Assembly (NCBI GenBank): GCA_905236565.1
Contig: CAJORB010000043.1
Coordinates: 9,971-73,970, forward strand
Source of the DNA: an uncultured Treponema sp.
GTDB taxonomy: Bacteria > Spirochaetota > Spirochaetia > Treponematales > Treponemataceae
DNA: 64,000 nt
Direction: 5' to 3'
Shown here: positions 53,582-62,193 of the stretch, one piece after another
Layout: each line of letters begins with the position of its first letter
Position numbering within the stretch: the stretch's first letter is position 1
Notes under the pieces: generated by a model
Seen by the model: only the letters and a program-made list of their open reading frames with translations
The model's database searches: none
Told to the model about the DNA's origin: nothing
Made by a program: the position numbers and the translations under genes

Positions 53582-53655
53582 TTCTACAGTTTATTACTTT
53601 GACGGTCGGTTTACAAGTAGGCCAAAGCTGCCGCAGTTTACTGCGGCTTTTTATT

Positions 53656-54243
53656 TTAATTCAGCGTAAATTTAACCGGATATCTGAACCTTACGGCGCA
53701 TGCTTTACCGTTTGCAACTGCCGGAACACATGTTACGCCTTTGAGCGCGCTTACTGCAGCCTGTGCAAATCCGTGGCCAGGATCCTTTAATACCTTTATG
53801 TTTTTTATAACGCCTTTTGCGTCGATAAAAAGTTCAAGATAGACAATGGCTTCGATTCCCTGTTTTAATGCCATCGGCGGATACTCGATTCTTGCAAGAA
53901 TCTGTTTTGTCGGAATTACAGGTATCGAAGAAATTTTGTGCTGCGGAAGAAATGTACTTTCGTCAAATTCCTGGCGTACTGTTTCATCAACTTCCTGTAT
54001 GTTTTCTGAAGCCTTAGGCTGATTAGAAACCGTTACAACTTCTTTTGTTTCTTTAGGCGGAACATACTCCTGAACATCAACGAGTTTAAAAATGTCTGCT
54101 TCTCTAAAGTCCACAGTTTCTATCTCTTCTTCTTTCGGCTGAAAGTTGAATATAAAAATTACCGCAACATGAAGTAAAAAAGCAAAAACAAAAATTGCAG
54201 GTCTTAATAATTTTGAAAAACGTGTCATCTTTTCTGCGCTCAT
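53656..54243 (-). CDS. tonB: Energy transducer TonB
   Basis: TM with LLH; C-domain YPPMALKQGIEAIV...PAVANGK...PVKFTL. Confidence 0.88.
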   Translation of the reverse strand: MSAEKMTRFSKLLRPAIFVFAFLLHVAVIFIFNFQPKEEEIETVDFREADIFKLVDVQEYVPPKETKEVVTVSNQPKASENIQEVDETVRQEFDESTFLPQHKISSIPVIPTKQILARIEYPPMALKQGIEAIVYLELFIDAKGVIKNIKVLKDPGHGFAQAAVSALKGVTCVPAVANGKACAVRFRYPVKFTLN

Positions 54244-54244
54244 T

Positions 54245-54646
54245 TTATTTTTCCTTTATTACAAAACTTACAACCCTGTGCTGCAAAGCCTGCAGAACAG
54301 AAACTACTTCGTTTACATATTTATACGGTGTTTCTCTGTCTGCAATTACATGAATTCTGACTCCAGGATTTTCTGCTATTGCAGAAATAATTGCGTTTTC
54401 AAGTTTTGCACCGCTCAATTCTTCTGCATTTGCAGTTATCTTTCCATTACTCTGAATCCAGATTTCAAAATTTTCATCTGCCTGAGTACGCTCAAGTATG
54501 GTGCTTTCTGAATAATTTATTTTTTCTTCATAGCGCTGATTCATCAACGAAATCAACATGATGAATATCAAAAGAAGAAAACCGATATCAGACATCGACG
54601 ATGTCGTTATCGCAGGATTTCTTCTTTTTTTCTTTATATTTACCAT
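54245..54646 (-). CDS. exbD: ExbD/TolR family protein
   Basis: SMSDIGFLLLIFIML; IADRETPY. Confidence 0.88.
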   Translation of the reverse strand: MVNIKKKRRNPAITTSSMSDIGFLLLIFIMLISLMNQRYEEKINYSESTILERTQADENFEIWIQSNGKITANAEELSGAKLENAIISAIAENPGVRIHVIADRETPYKYVNEVVSVLQALQHRVVSFVIKEK

Positions 54647-54650
54647 ACGG

Positions 54651-55058
54651 CTACTCCATCTTTTCCATTCTGAAAGAAAAATTTTCTACTTTTAATTTTC
54701 TTATCGTAGAAATAACATCAACAACTTTCTGGTACTGCGTGTCAGGATTAATTACAAGAAGAAAAGTCATGTTTGGCCATGTCCTTAATTTTTCTACAAT
54801 CATTCCAGAAAGATCTTCAATTTTACCTTCGCTGTCATCAACAAAAAGCTGTCCTTCTTTCGTCAAAGAACATTTCATAATGTCCTCTGTATTAACGATT
54901 ATCGGTTTATCTTTTGAAGGCAGATTAAGAAGAAAACCTTTGTTTACATTAAAACCTGCGATTACGATAAAGAAAATAATAAGAAGAAACGAAAGGTCGT
55001 TTAATGAACCGGAACTTCCGGCATCTTCTACATTATGTCGTATAAATCTCTTAATCAT
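54651..55058 (-). CDS. exbD: ExbD/TolR family protein
   Basis: SLNDLSFLLIIFFIV; YQKVVDVI. Confidence 0.88.
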   Translation of the reverse strand: MIKRFIRHNVEDAGSSGSLNDLSFLLIIFFIVIAGFNVNKGFLLNLPSKDKPIIVNTEDIMKCSLTKEGQLFVDDSEGKIEDLSGMIVEKLRTWPNMTFLLVINPDTQYQKVVDVISTIRKLKVENFSFRMEKME

Positions 55059-55119
55059 CTTTTTCCTGCCAGTTATTTTTTTGCCGCCTTTATATGCGGC
55101 CTTTAACTTTTATACAAAC

Positions 55120-55743
55120 TTATGCAATGAGTTCCGGAACGAGATCGTTTATCGCCTTTGATGTTTCTGCAGCGAATGTATCGATTTTCTGAATCAAAAG
55201 GTTGTATGCAACAAGCGCGATGATTGCGATTATAAGACCAAATACTGTTGTAATAAGTGCTTCGTAAATACCACCTGCAACAAGCTGTGCATTAACATCT
55301 GTTGCTTCTGCAATTGACTGGAAAGCTCCAATCATTCCTGATACAGTTCCAAGAAATCCTGTAAGAGGTGCAAGTGAAGAAAGAGCTGTAAGATAGTTAA
55401 AGCCGTTTTCCATTCTTCTGATTCTTTCCTGTGCTTCGCTTTCTGCAGCACGTTCCATTCTGTTTTTGCCGTATTTTGAATTTGAAAGCAATGCAAGTAA
55501 AATCGATGCTACTGTCTGCTTATGTGTGTAAGAAGCAAGAAATTTTTCTGCTTCGTCTTTTTTATTCTGGCGTAAATATGCCTTTACTTTTTCTGCTACA
55601 GGTGCAACCTTGCAGTTGTGCCATGCAAGATAAATACAGCGTTCAATTACGATTCCTATTGTTGCAACAGAAAATGCAAGAAGAACCCACATAAATGGTC
55701 CGCCAAGTTTAAACAGTTCAATTAAGCTAAATCCCTTTTCCAT
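55120..55743 (-). CDS. exbB: ExbB/MotA/TolQ proton channel
   Basis: GGPFMW, APLTGFLGTVSGMI, GGIYEALITTVFGL. Confidence 0.92.
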   Translation of the reverse strand: MEKGFSLIELFKLGGPFMWVLLAFSVATIGIVIERCIYLAWHNCKVAPVAEKVKAYLRQNKKDEAEKFLASYTHKQTVASILLALLSNSKYGKNRMERAAESEAQERIRRMENGFNYLTALSSLAPLTGFLGTVSGMIGAFQSIAEATDVNAQLVAGGIYEALITTVFGLIIAIIALVAYNLLIQKIDTFAAETSKAINDLVPELIA

Positions 55744-55818
55744 AATTTATTATTTCTCCTGATAAATAAGTTCTGTTTTTACGGCTTTTTTATGATTTAT
55801 TTAAGCGCCGTACATAAA

Positions 55819-55850
55819 ATAAGACACTTTCCGAGCCGGAAAGTGTCACT
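55819..55850 (-). promoter_or_regulatory. Putative ECF promoter of exbB, overlapping the TBDR terminator hairpin
   Basis: Minus strand AGTGACA-N16-GTGTCTTAT; contains the perfect 11-bp stem GACACTTTCCG-GCT-CGGAAAGTGTC followed by TTATTTT. Confidence 0.65.
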
Positions 55851-55873
55851 TTTTTTTCGAAGTTTTTGCCTTT

Positions 55874-58402
55874 TTAGAACTTAACTTTTACACCGATAGA
55901 AGGGAGCGGAAGCCCGATGTTAAAGTCAACATTTGAATCATGGTCGTCCATTTTTCCAGTATGGGCATTAAAGTTTTTGTTTCCTTTTGGAGCATAGAGA
56001 TTTACGAAAATATCCTGTGCTGCAATATAGAATTCCCACTGTGCCTTGTCATTATTTGTCTTCCACTGATATGCAAGACGAATATCAACAGGACATGAAA
56101 TGTCTGTTCTCAAAGTATCGCTGTAGAAAGAACTTCTTGAATATCTCTGGATTGTAGTTCCGTTAAGATCTGCAGCATAGCATGTAACAGGACCAACCTT
56201 TTCTTTTGGTGCTCCAGTTGCAAGTGTTCCCTTAACAGTAAATGTCCAGTTCTTTTCTTTACCAAAGTGCCAGTTGCTTACAAGGTTCAATGTGTGGAAT
56301 CTGTGATACTGAGGATAATACCATTCATCAAGCGGATCTCCATACATTGTTTCTACATGTTCTCCCGCACCTACTTTGAGAGGATTCTTAAATCTTGAAT
56401 ATACGAATGAATATGAAAGGTATCCGTCCCAGTTTTCATTCGGCTTTTTCTCAATCATCGCATCGATTCCAAATACGTGTCCTTTTCCGTCAGATTTTAC
56501 GAATGTCTGACCGTCCTGGAACATTGCAGATTCATGTGAAACCTGGTATGTATACATACGTGAAAGATAATATTTGTAATATGTTTCAAGTTTAAAGCTC
56601 CAGCCGTTTTCGAGAACTGCATCAGCACCGATAACTGCAAAAAGTGAACGGTTTGGATTAAGTTCAAAATTGTCGATTCCCATTTCTTTTGAGAAAAGCA
56701 TTGCTTCACGCGGAATTGACACAAATAATCCTGTTCCCAATGTAAACGAAGATTTCTCGAGCATGCCGATGTTTCTGAACGGTGTGTAAGTTACCGTTGC
56801 TCTCGGACATAAATCAGGAACAAGACTTACTGCATAATTTTCATTTGAGTTCCAGAGATTAATAAATTCTCCACGAAGACCAATCTGTGACTGAATCAAA
56901 TCATTTTCATTTCCGTAATCCCAGTTAACAAATGCTGCATTATCAAGAATACAGTTTCCTTTTTTATCAGTATTCCATCCAATCTGTGTAAATACTTTTG
57001 AAGCTCCTGTGTCGATGTCTGTCCAGAATTTCTGATCTTCTTTTGTATTTGCTGTTGAGAAAACTTCTTCAAAACCTGCACACAAGTGATTTTTTTCTGT
57101 AAGCTCAATTTCTGCTTCTGCTCTTGCAGTAACAAGATGACTTAAAATTACTTCGTTTGCTTTTGAATCAAGTTCAGGGAGTGTATAAGTATCTCCGCTG
57201 AGTGAAATTCCATTTGCTGCTGCATACTGTTTAAAATCATCTGTATATCTTAAAGTTCCGCTTTCTTTCATCTTCATAAGCATGTCTTCGCACATAAGGT
57301 TGTACGAAATAAGTCCATGAAGCATAAGTTTATCTGTAGGAAGGTATTTTACGTTAATTCCTGCTAAACCCTGATAGATGTCGTAGTCCATGAACATTTT
57401 TGTTTTAAGTCCATCTTCTTCATCATCGAAATCAATACCAAGTCCGTCACTTCCAAAGAAACCTGTGATACAGATATCAAGCTCCGGTTTTGGAGTAAAG
57501 TTTGCTTTTATGAAAGCATCGCGGATATATGGAGGACGCTTCATCATATCAAGAGAATCTGTTCCAGTTGCCTTGTACATTGCAAATACAGGTTCAAGAT
57601 AACTGCAGTGAACTCCTGCAAGCATTCCGCCTACATCTTTTCCAAACGGAATCTGTGCAAATGCATCAATACATGTTGTCGATGCACTTAAATTCATATG
57701 GAATTTTTCATAATCAGGTTTAATGGTTGTTGCTTCGAGAAGTCCTGACGATGCTCTTCCGTACTGTGCAGAAAATACACCGTTTGAAAGTTTGATTGTA
57801 TCTACAAACGATGGATTAAAAATAGAAACTCCGCCGCCCCAATGCCATGGGAAAATTGTGTACATTCCGTCTAAAAGACAACCAAGTTCACGCGGCTCAC
57901 CACCACGAATAGATGGTTCAGAACCCCACACGCCACTGTATGAAACGCCAGGCAGAGTTCTTACAGATGCCATACAGTCTTCTACAAGACTCATGTTTGC
58001 AGTTGTATGCATCTGCTGTTCTGTCATTACAGTTGAAACACCTGTCTTTTCTTCTTTTTTCTCAGGACTTGCACGATTAACGACAAGTTCTTTTCCTTCG
58101 ATGACATCTGTAATCGACATTGTTATTACAACCGATTTATCAAATCCAGAAAATTTTACAGATGCATCTTTATAACCAGGAAGTTTTGCTTCGATAGTTC
58201 CAGATGTAACATTATCCGGAATTGTAAGAACGGCATTACCGTTTTCATCTGTTTCTGCCTTTACAGACTGCTTTGACTGTAAAGAAACCTTTGCTCCTTC
58301 AAGAGGAAAATCAAGTTCCCTGTCTGTAACAGTTACCTTTAATTCACCGGCAAACATCAAAGCCGGCATGATAGCAAAGATCAAAGATATGATTTTTTTC
58401 AT
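55874..58402 (-). CDS. TonB-dependent outer-membrane receptor
   Basis: Signal peptide, carboxypeptidase-regulatory-like N-domain, plug motifs LPGV...PSIRGG...LDG, GVFSAQYG, barrel GYLSYS, terminal GVKVKF; adjacent exbBD-tonB. Confidence 0.88.
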   Translation of the reverse strand: MKKIISLIFAIMPALMFAGELKVTVTDRELDFPLEGAKVSLQSKQSVKAETDENGNAVLTIPDNVTSGTIEAKLPGYKDASVKFSGFDKSVVITMSITDVIEGKELVVNRASPEKKEEKTGVSTVMTEQQMHTTANMSLVEDCMASVRTLPGVSYSGVWGSEPSIRGGEPRELGCLLDGMYTIFPWHWGGGVSIFNPSFVDTIKLSNGVFSAQYGRASSGLLEATTIKPDYEKFHMNLSASTTCIDAFAQIPFGKDVGGMLAGVHCSYLEPVFAMYKATGTDSLDMMKRPPYIRDAFIKANFTPKPELDICITGFFGSDGLGIDFDDEEDGLKTKMFMDYDIYQGLAGINVKYLPTDKLMLHGLISYNLMCEDMLMKMKESGTLRYTDDFKQYAAANGISLSGDTYTLPELDSKANEVILSHLVTARAEAEIELTEKNHLCAGFEEVFSTANTKEDQKFWTDIDTGASKVFTQIGWNTDKKGNCILDNAAFVNWDYGNENDLIQSQIGLRGEFINLWNSNENYAVSLVPDLCPRATVTYTPFRNIGMLEKSSFTLGTGLFVSIPREAMLFSKEMGIDNFELNPNRSLFAVIGADAVLENGWSFKLETYYKYYLSRMYTYQVSHESAMFQDGQTFVKSDGKGHVFGIDAMIEKKPNENWDGYLSYSFVYSRFKNPLKVGAGEHVETMYGDPLDEWYYPQYHRFHTLNLVSNWHFGKEKNWTFTVKGTLATGAPKEKVGPVTCYAADLNGTTIQRYSRSSFYSDTLRTDISCPVDIRLAYQWKTNNDKAQWEFYIAAQDIFVNLYAPKGNKNFNAHTGKMDDHDSNVDFNIGLPLPSIGVKVKF

Positions 58403-58420
58403 TTTATAACCTCATTGACT

Positions 58421-58452
58421 ATTAGACACGCGGGGAATAAAAATCTGTTACT
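58421..58452 (-). promoter_or_regulatory. Putative ECF promoter of the TonB-dependent receptor
   Basis: Minus strand AGTAACA-N16-GTGTCTAAT, just upstream of a GAGG SD and ATG 58402. Confidence 0.7.
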
Positions 58453-58460
58453 TTAAAAAT

Positions 58461-58507
58461 AAAAAAACCGGGTCCGCATTGTGCTTTTTCGCATTATGCT
58501 TTCCCGG
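58461..58507 (-). terminator. Intrinsic terminator after the caspase gene
   Basis: Minus strand CCGGG...GCAT..TGC-loop-GCA..ATGC...CCCGG followed by TTTTTTT. Confidence 0.7.
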
Positions 58508-58527
58508 CCTTTTATCAGCTGTTTTTA

Positions 58528-60753
58528 CTAGTTGAATGAGAATCTGACTCCGAAATCAAATTCTGAATGAACTGTAATTCCTCTTTTTGTAAACTTCATG
58601 TTAGACTTATGTCTTTCAAAAGCTCCTCTGTTGTATTCAGATTCGAAAGCCATCGTAAAGCCTGCAAAAACATTAAGATGTTTTATAGGTGTAACTCCAA
58701 CAGAAGCTCTTGTCGACATATACCACTGTGTATCTTCTTTTGGAATAAGAACTTCGTTTGCCATTACTTCAAGGTCAAAGTTAAGCATAGCAAGCTTAAA
58801 TCTTGTTCCAAGTCCCATAATTACATCAACATATTTGTCATCAAGATAGTATTCGTCATCATAATCTGCATCAAGCGGAACTGCACAACCAAACACAGCA
58901 TAAAGGTATCTCATACCACTGTTGAACGTAATCCTTGCCCTTTCATCTGTAGTAAGCGATGCACCGACTTCGCAGACACCGTTTTTAGAAATATTGATAA
59001 GACCAAGCTGGAATCCACTTTCGCCGCTGCAATAATTTACAAGTCCGACCTGAACTCCATCAAAGTCTCCTTTAGCAATGTTTATGATGCCAGCTCCCTG
59101 TACACCAGAAGATTCGCCCCATGTTATATTTGCAATACCTGCACCCTGAACTCCACGAAGTCCCATTGCAAAGTTTGCAACACCAGAGCCCTGAACACCG
59201 TTTACCTTACCTGCCGCAACATTTACAACACCGGCTCCCTGAACATATGTTACGTCATGTGCAATGTTTATCACACCCGATCCCTGAACTCCAGTTACAT
59301 CACGCGCAAAGTTAAACACGCCCGAACCCTGAACACCGTGCACATCACGTGCAAAGTTAAATACACCGGCACCCTGCGCACCGTTTACATCCATTGCAAA
59401 GCTGTATATACCGCCGCCCTGGAAACCGTTTATATAAACTGCTTCACTTCCGATTCCTGCAACAAGCGCACCGTCGGCTTCGTAAGCATGTACTCTTAAA
59501 AGACCAATACCAACAGAAGTAATGATATCCTTGTTTAATGCAAGATGAAATTCATCACAAACAAATGAGAACATAAACGGAACATATGCAAAATCGTCTT
59601 CGCTTCTGTTTTCATATTCAAAATCAAAACCTTCGTCTTCTGCCTCAGTTTCTTCATCCGTCACTTCTTCACCATCATCCCCACGAGTTCTGTTTGCAAC
59701 TCTTATTGCAGGCGAAAGATTTGTATTAGAAAGCGCATAAGTTTTTTTAGGAGAAAGGGTAAAGTTTCCCTGCAAAGTTGCATTTTCTCCAATAACCGTA
59801 ACACCGTACTGACCGCTTTCGAGTGCAAGATAAACAGGCTTTTCTGAAGTCTTGTTGATTTCAGAAACTAGCTTACCGTTTTTATCGCGGATAATTACAC
59901 GCCCCGTAATTTCTTTTGAAAGCATAAGAATGCTGTCTGAGTTTGAAATATCAGAAAGAACCAGGTCTCCTGAACCTACGAGTGTAATATTGTAGTTAGG
60001 ATGCTGAGGTCCTGTCGAAGTATTTTCTGTCTTAGAAAGCGTTTCGTTAAATGCATAAGAATACAATTCGTTAAGGGTAACTTTTTTATCACCCGAACTG
60101 TCTGCAGCTCCGCGCAATCCTGTTATCATCGCATTTGTAAAGAATGAAGATCCGATTTCGTCAGATTCCTGCGATGATTCCTGTGACGAGCTTGATGAAA
60201 GATAAGCGTGTCCCTTAACTACAGAAGAATCATCAACTAAGAAAGGCTTCTGTCTCTGGCCACCCTTAGATCTGATAAAGTTTCCGGAGTAGCACGAATC
60301 AAGAATTACAACGTGAACATCAGTCGGAACCTCTGTAATTGCTTTCTTTAATTCAGAATAACCGTAAGTTGTCTTACCGAGTAAAAGAGAATATTCATCT
60401 GAATGTCCTGAATAATAGAAAACAAATTCTGTTCTCTTTAAATTAGAGCTCTTTGAATTGATGATTGCAGAAATTGTCTGCATTGCATTATCAACATCAT
60501 CTTTTGTCGGATCAAGAAGAAGAATGCTGTTCTGCTGCGAGATTCCGCCGATTTCTGACATTGTTTTCTGGAACGAAATCGCATCGCTACCTGCGTATAA
60601 AAGACGCTGATTATTTTTACCGCCAATATTCGATCCGATATAAATTGCGTAGCGTTCAACACCGGCAGATTCATTTCCTTCTTTTGCAAAAGCAAACGAG
60701 GATGCGAGTAAAATCATTAGTGATAAAATTATTTTTCTATTTATTTTTTTCAT
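58528..60753 (-). CDS. Exported caspase-like (peptidase C14) protease with 15-aa repeat region and outer-membrane-type C-terminus
   Basis: Signal peptide (AFA), LLYAGSDA, His motif FYYSGHS, Cys motif ILDSCYSG, SQESDEIGSSFFT, GLRGAAD; GxQGxGxxN repeats; terminal FGVRFSFN. Start at ATG 60753 after GAGG. Confidence 0.88.
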   Translation of the reverse strand: MKKINRKIILSLMILLASSFAFAKEGNESAGVERYAIYIGSNIGGKNNQRLLYAGSDAISFQKTMSEIGGISQQNSILLLDPTKDDVDNAMQTISAIINSKSSNLKRTEFVFYYSGHSDEYSLLLGKTTYGYSELKKAITEVPTDVHVVILDSCYSGNFIRSKGGQRQKPFLVDDSSVVKGHAYLSSSSSQESSQESDEIGSSFFTNAMITGLRGAADSSGDKKVTLNELYSYAFNETLSKTENTSTGPQHPNYNITLVGSGDLVLSDISNSDSILMLSKEITGRVIIRDKNGKLVSEINKTSEKPVYLALESGQYGVTVIGENATLQGNFTLSPKKTYALSNTNLSPAIRVANRTRGDDGEEVTDEETEAEDEGFDFEYENRSEDDFAYVPFMFSFVCDEFHLALNKDIITSVGIGLLRVHAYEADGALVAGIGSEAVYINGFQGGGIYSFAMDVNGAQGAGVFNFARDVHGVQGSGVFNFARDVTGVQGSGVINIAHDVTYVQGAGVVNVAAGKVNGVQGSGVANFAMGLRGVQGAGIANITWGESSGVQGAGIINIAKGDFDGVQVGLVNYCSGESGFQLGLINISKNGVCEVGASLTTDERARITFNSGMRYLYAVFGCAVPLDADYDDEYYLDDKYVDVIMGLGTRFKLAMLNFDLEVMANEVLIPKEDTQWYMSTRASVGVTPIKHLNVFAGFTMAFESEYNRGAFERHKSNMKFTKRGITVHSEFDFGVRFSFN
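58990..59475 (-). repeat. About 11 degenerate 45-48 nt coding repeats (GVQGSGVFNFARDV-type)
   Basis: Recurrent CCCTGAACACC/CCCTGAACTCC on the + strand; protein repeats G[AVF]QG[ASG]G[VI]xN. Confidence 0.85.
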
Positions 60754-60783
60754 CTTTATAATCCTCAAACCGTTTTCATAAAA

Positions 60784-61536
60784 CTATTTTTTGTTAAGAA
60801 CAAAAATAGAGCCATCACATCCATCCGGAAGATAAGTTCCTTTTTTAAGGAAATCGATGCTGTATGACGATTTATTTATATTTTCAATCTTCGACATATC
60901 AAAACTGTTTTTAGAAGCTACGAAAATAAAACATTCATATTTCGGAGCCGCATCAAGCTTGTAAGAAAATTCAAGCGGAACTTCTGCGCCTGTCTTCTGG
61001 AGCTTTTCTGCTTTCCAGCTGTCTTCTGGAAAATGACGTGTTACATTTCCGCTGCCGTCAACACTAAAGATTACACCATAGTTGTATTCGCCTGCAAGAT
61101 ATGTAATCTGAATAACATCATTCTCTCTGGCGTCAGTTCCGTTTTTAAGAATAACAGCATCGTTGCCAGATTTTTTATAAAGACGAAGCTCCTGATGCTT
61201 AGAAACGCTTCCTTTTGCACGTGTAATGTTCTTTGAACTTGTTGCTTTAAGATTATTCATCGCAACCGGAACAAACAGGACAGCTGCAATTAAAGCCGCA
61301 GCAGCATAACTGATGTATTTTACAGATTTAAAGCTTTTTGTTCCCTTTACAACAAGAGATTTCTTTATAAACTCTTTCTGCATTTTTTCTGCAGGATAAA
61401 TATTTAAAATTTCCTGATTTGATTTTCTTAATTCCTGCAAAGCATTTTCTATTTCTTCTTTTCCGTATTTTTCATAATAATCCTGGGCTTTCTTTTCGCC
61501 GAGAAGAATCTCTTCTAAAAGTAAATCTGGAATCAT
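60784..61536 (-). CDS. Putative anti-sigma factor: cytoplasmic N-domain, one TM, extracytoplasmic DUF4384-like domain
   Basis: 2 nt downstream of the ECF sigma stop; IPDLLLEEILLGE; TM YAAAALIAAVLFVPV; YGVIFSVDGSGNVTRHFP, SYKLDAAP.YE.FIFV. Confidence 0.7.
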   Translation of the reverse strand: MIPDLLLEEILLGEKKAQDYYEKYGKEEIENALQELRKSNQEILNIYPAEKMQKEFIKKSLVVKGTKSFKSVKYISYAAAALIAAVLFVPVAMNNLKATSSKNITRAKGSVSKHQELRLYKKSGNDAVILKNGTDARENDVIQITYLAGEYNYGVIFSVDGSGNVTRHFPEDSWKAEKLQKTGAEVPLEFSYKLDAAPKYECFIFVASKNSFDMSKIENINKSSYSIDFLKKGTYLPDGCDGSIFVLNKK

Positions 61537-61538
61537 AT

Positions 61539-62039
61539 CTAAGCCTCCTTATTCATGTAAGACAGCGAATATTTCTTAAGTTCCGCGATCCTTTTGCGAA
61601 CACCCGAAACCGACATATCCACTTGTTCCGCCGTTTCTTCCAAAGTATAGCCGTCAACAAAATGAAGTGTTGCAATAAGCGAATCTTTCTGATCCCGCCC
61701 GGCAAAAATGCCTTCAAGAATTACAGAAGCTTCTACTTTCTGATGCTCGACTTCAGAAAACTCATCTGCCATCATCTCTGAGATTACCTCAAAATCTGGT
61801 CCAGACCTTAATTTGTCGGACCTTATCTTATTAAGGCAAACTCTTGTTGCAGTCACATAGAACAGACTTGCGCAGACATCTTTAATCCTGCACTTGTTTT
61901 CAATAATTCGTACAAATACATCCTGCATGGCATCCTGAGCTTTGTCCTCATCCTTAAGGATAGAACGGCAGCGTCTTAAAACCATAGGACCATACTTTTG
62001 ATAGAGTTCAGCAAAATCGCGATTTGTTAAAGAATTCAT
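61539..62039 (-). CDS. ECF (sigma-70 group 4) sigma factor
   Basis: Region 2 LYQKYGPMVLRRC...AQDAMQDVF...ATRVCLNKIR; region 4 DGYTLEETAEQVDMSVSGVRKRI; ATG 62039 with GGAG SD, 166 aa. Confidence 0.93.
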   Translation of the reverse strand: MNSLTNRDFAELYQKYGPMVLRRCRSILKDEDKAQDAMQDVFVRIIENKCRIKDVCASLFYVTATRVCLNKIRSDKLRSGPDFEVISEMMADEFSEVEHQKVEASVILEGIFAGRDQKDSLIATLHFVDGYTLEETAEQVDMSVSGVRKRIAELKKYSLSYMNKEA

Positions 62040-62061
62040 TTCTCTGTTAACTCCGTCTATT

Positions 62062-62093
62062 ATCAGACACCTGAGACTTAAATATATGTTACT
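62062..62093 (-). promoter_or_regulatory. Putative autoregulatory ECF promoter
   Basis: Minus strand AGTAACA-N16-GTGTCTGAT upstream of the sigma SD. Confidence 0.7.
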
Positions 62094-62193
62094 GTTTTTT
62101 TTAAAAAAGTGGAACAAAACAAGGCCCGGCGGGGATTTTATAGCGCCAGCACGGATATTTGACAAATAACCGCAAAAGGACCACAATATAGCC

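Noticed and set aside
58990-59475. Periodic repeats as a CRISPR array
   Set aside because: Repeats are in-frame, degenerate at codon third positions and lack unique spacers; no cas genes seen.
58567-59499. 310-aa plus-strand ORF
   Set aside because: Antisense shadow of the caspase repeat region; its periodic Cys/Thr pattern mirrors the repeats; no SD or recognisable domain.
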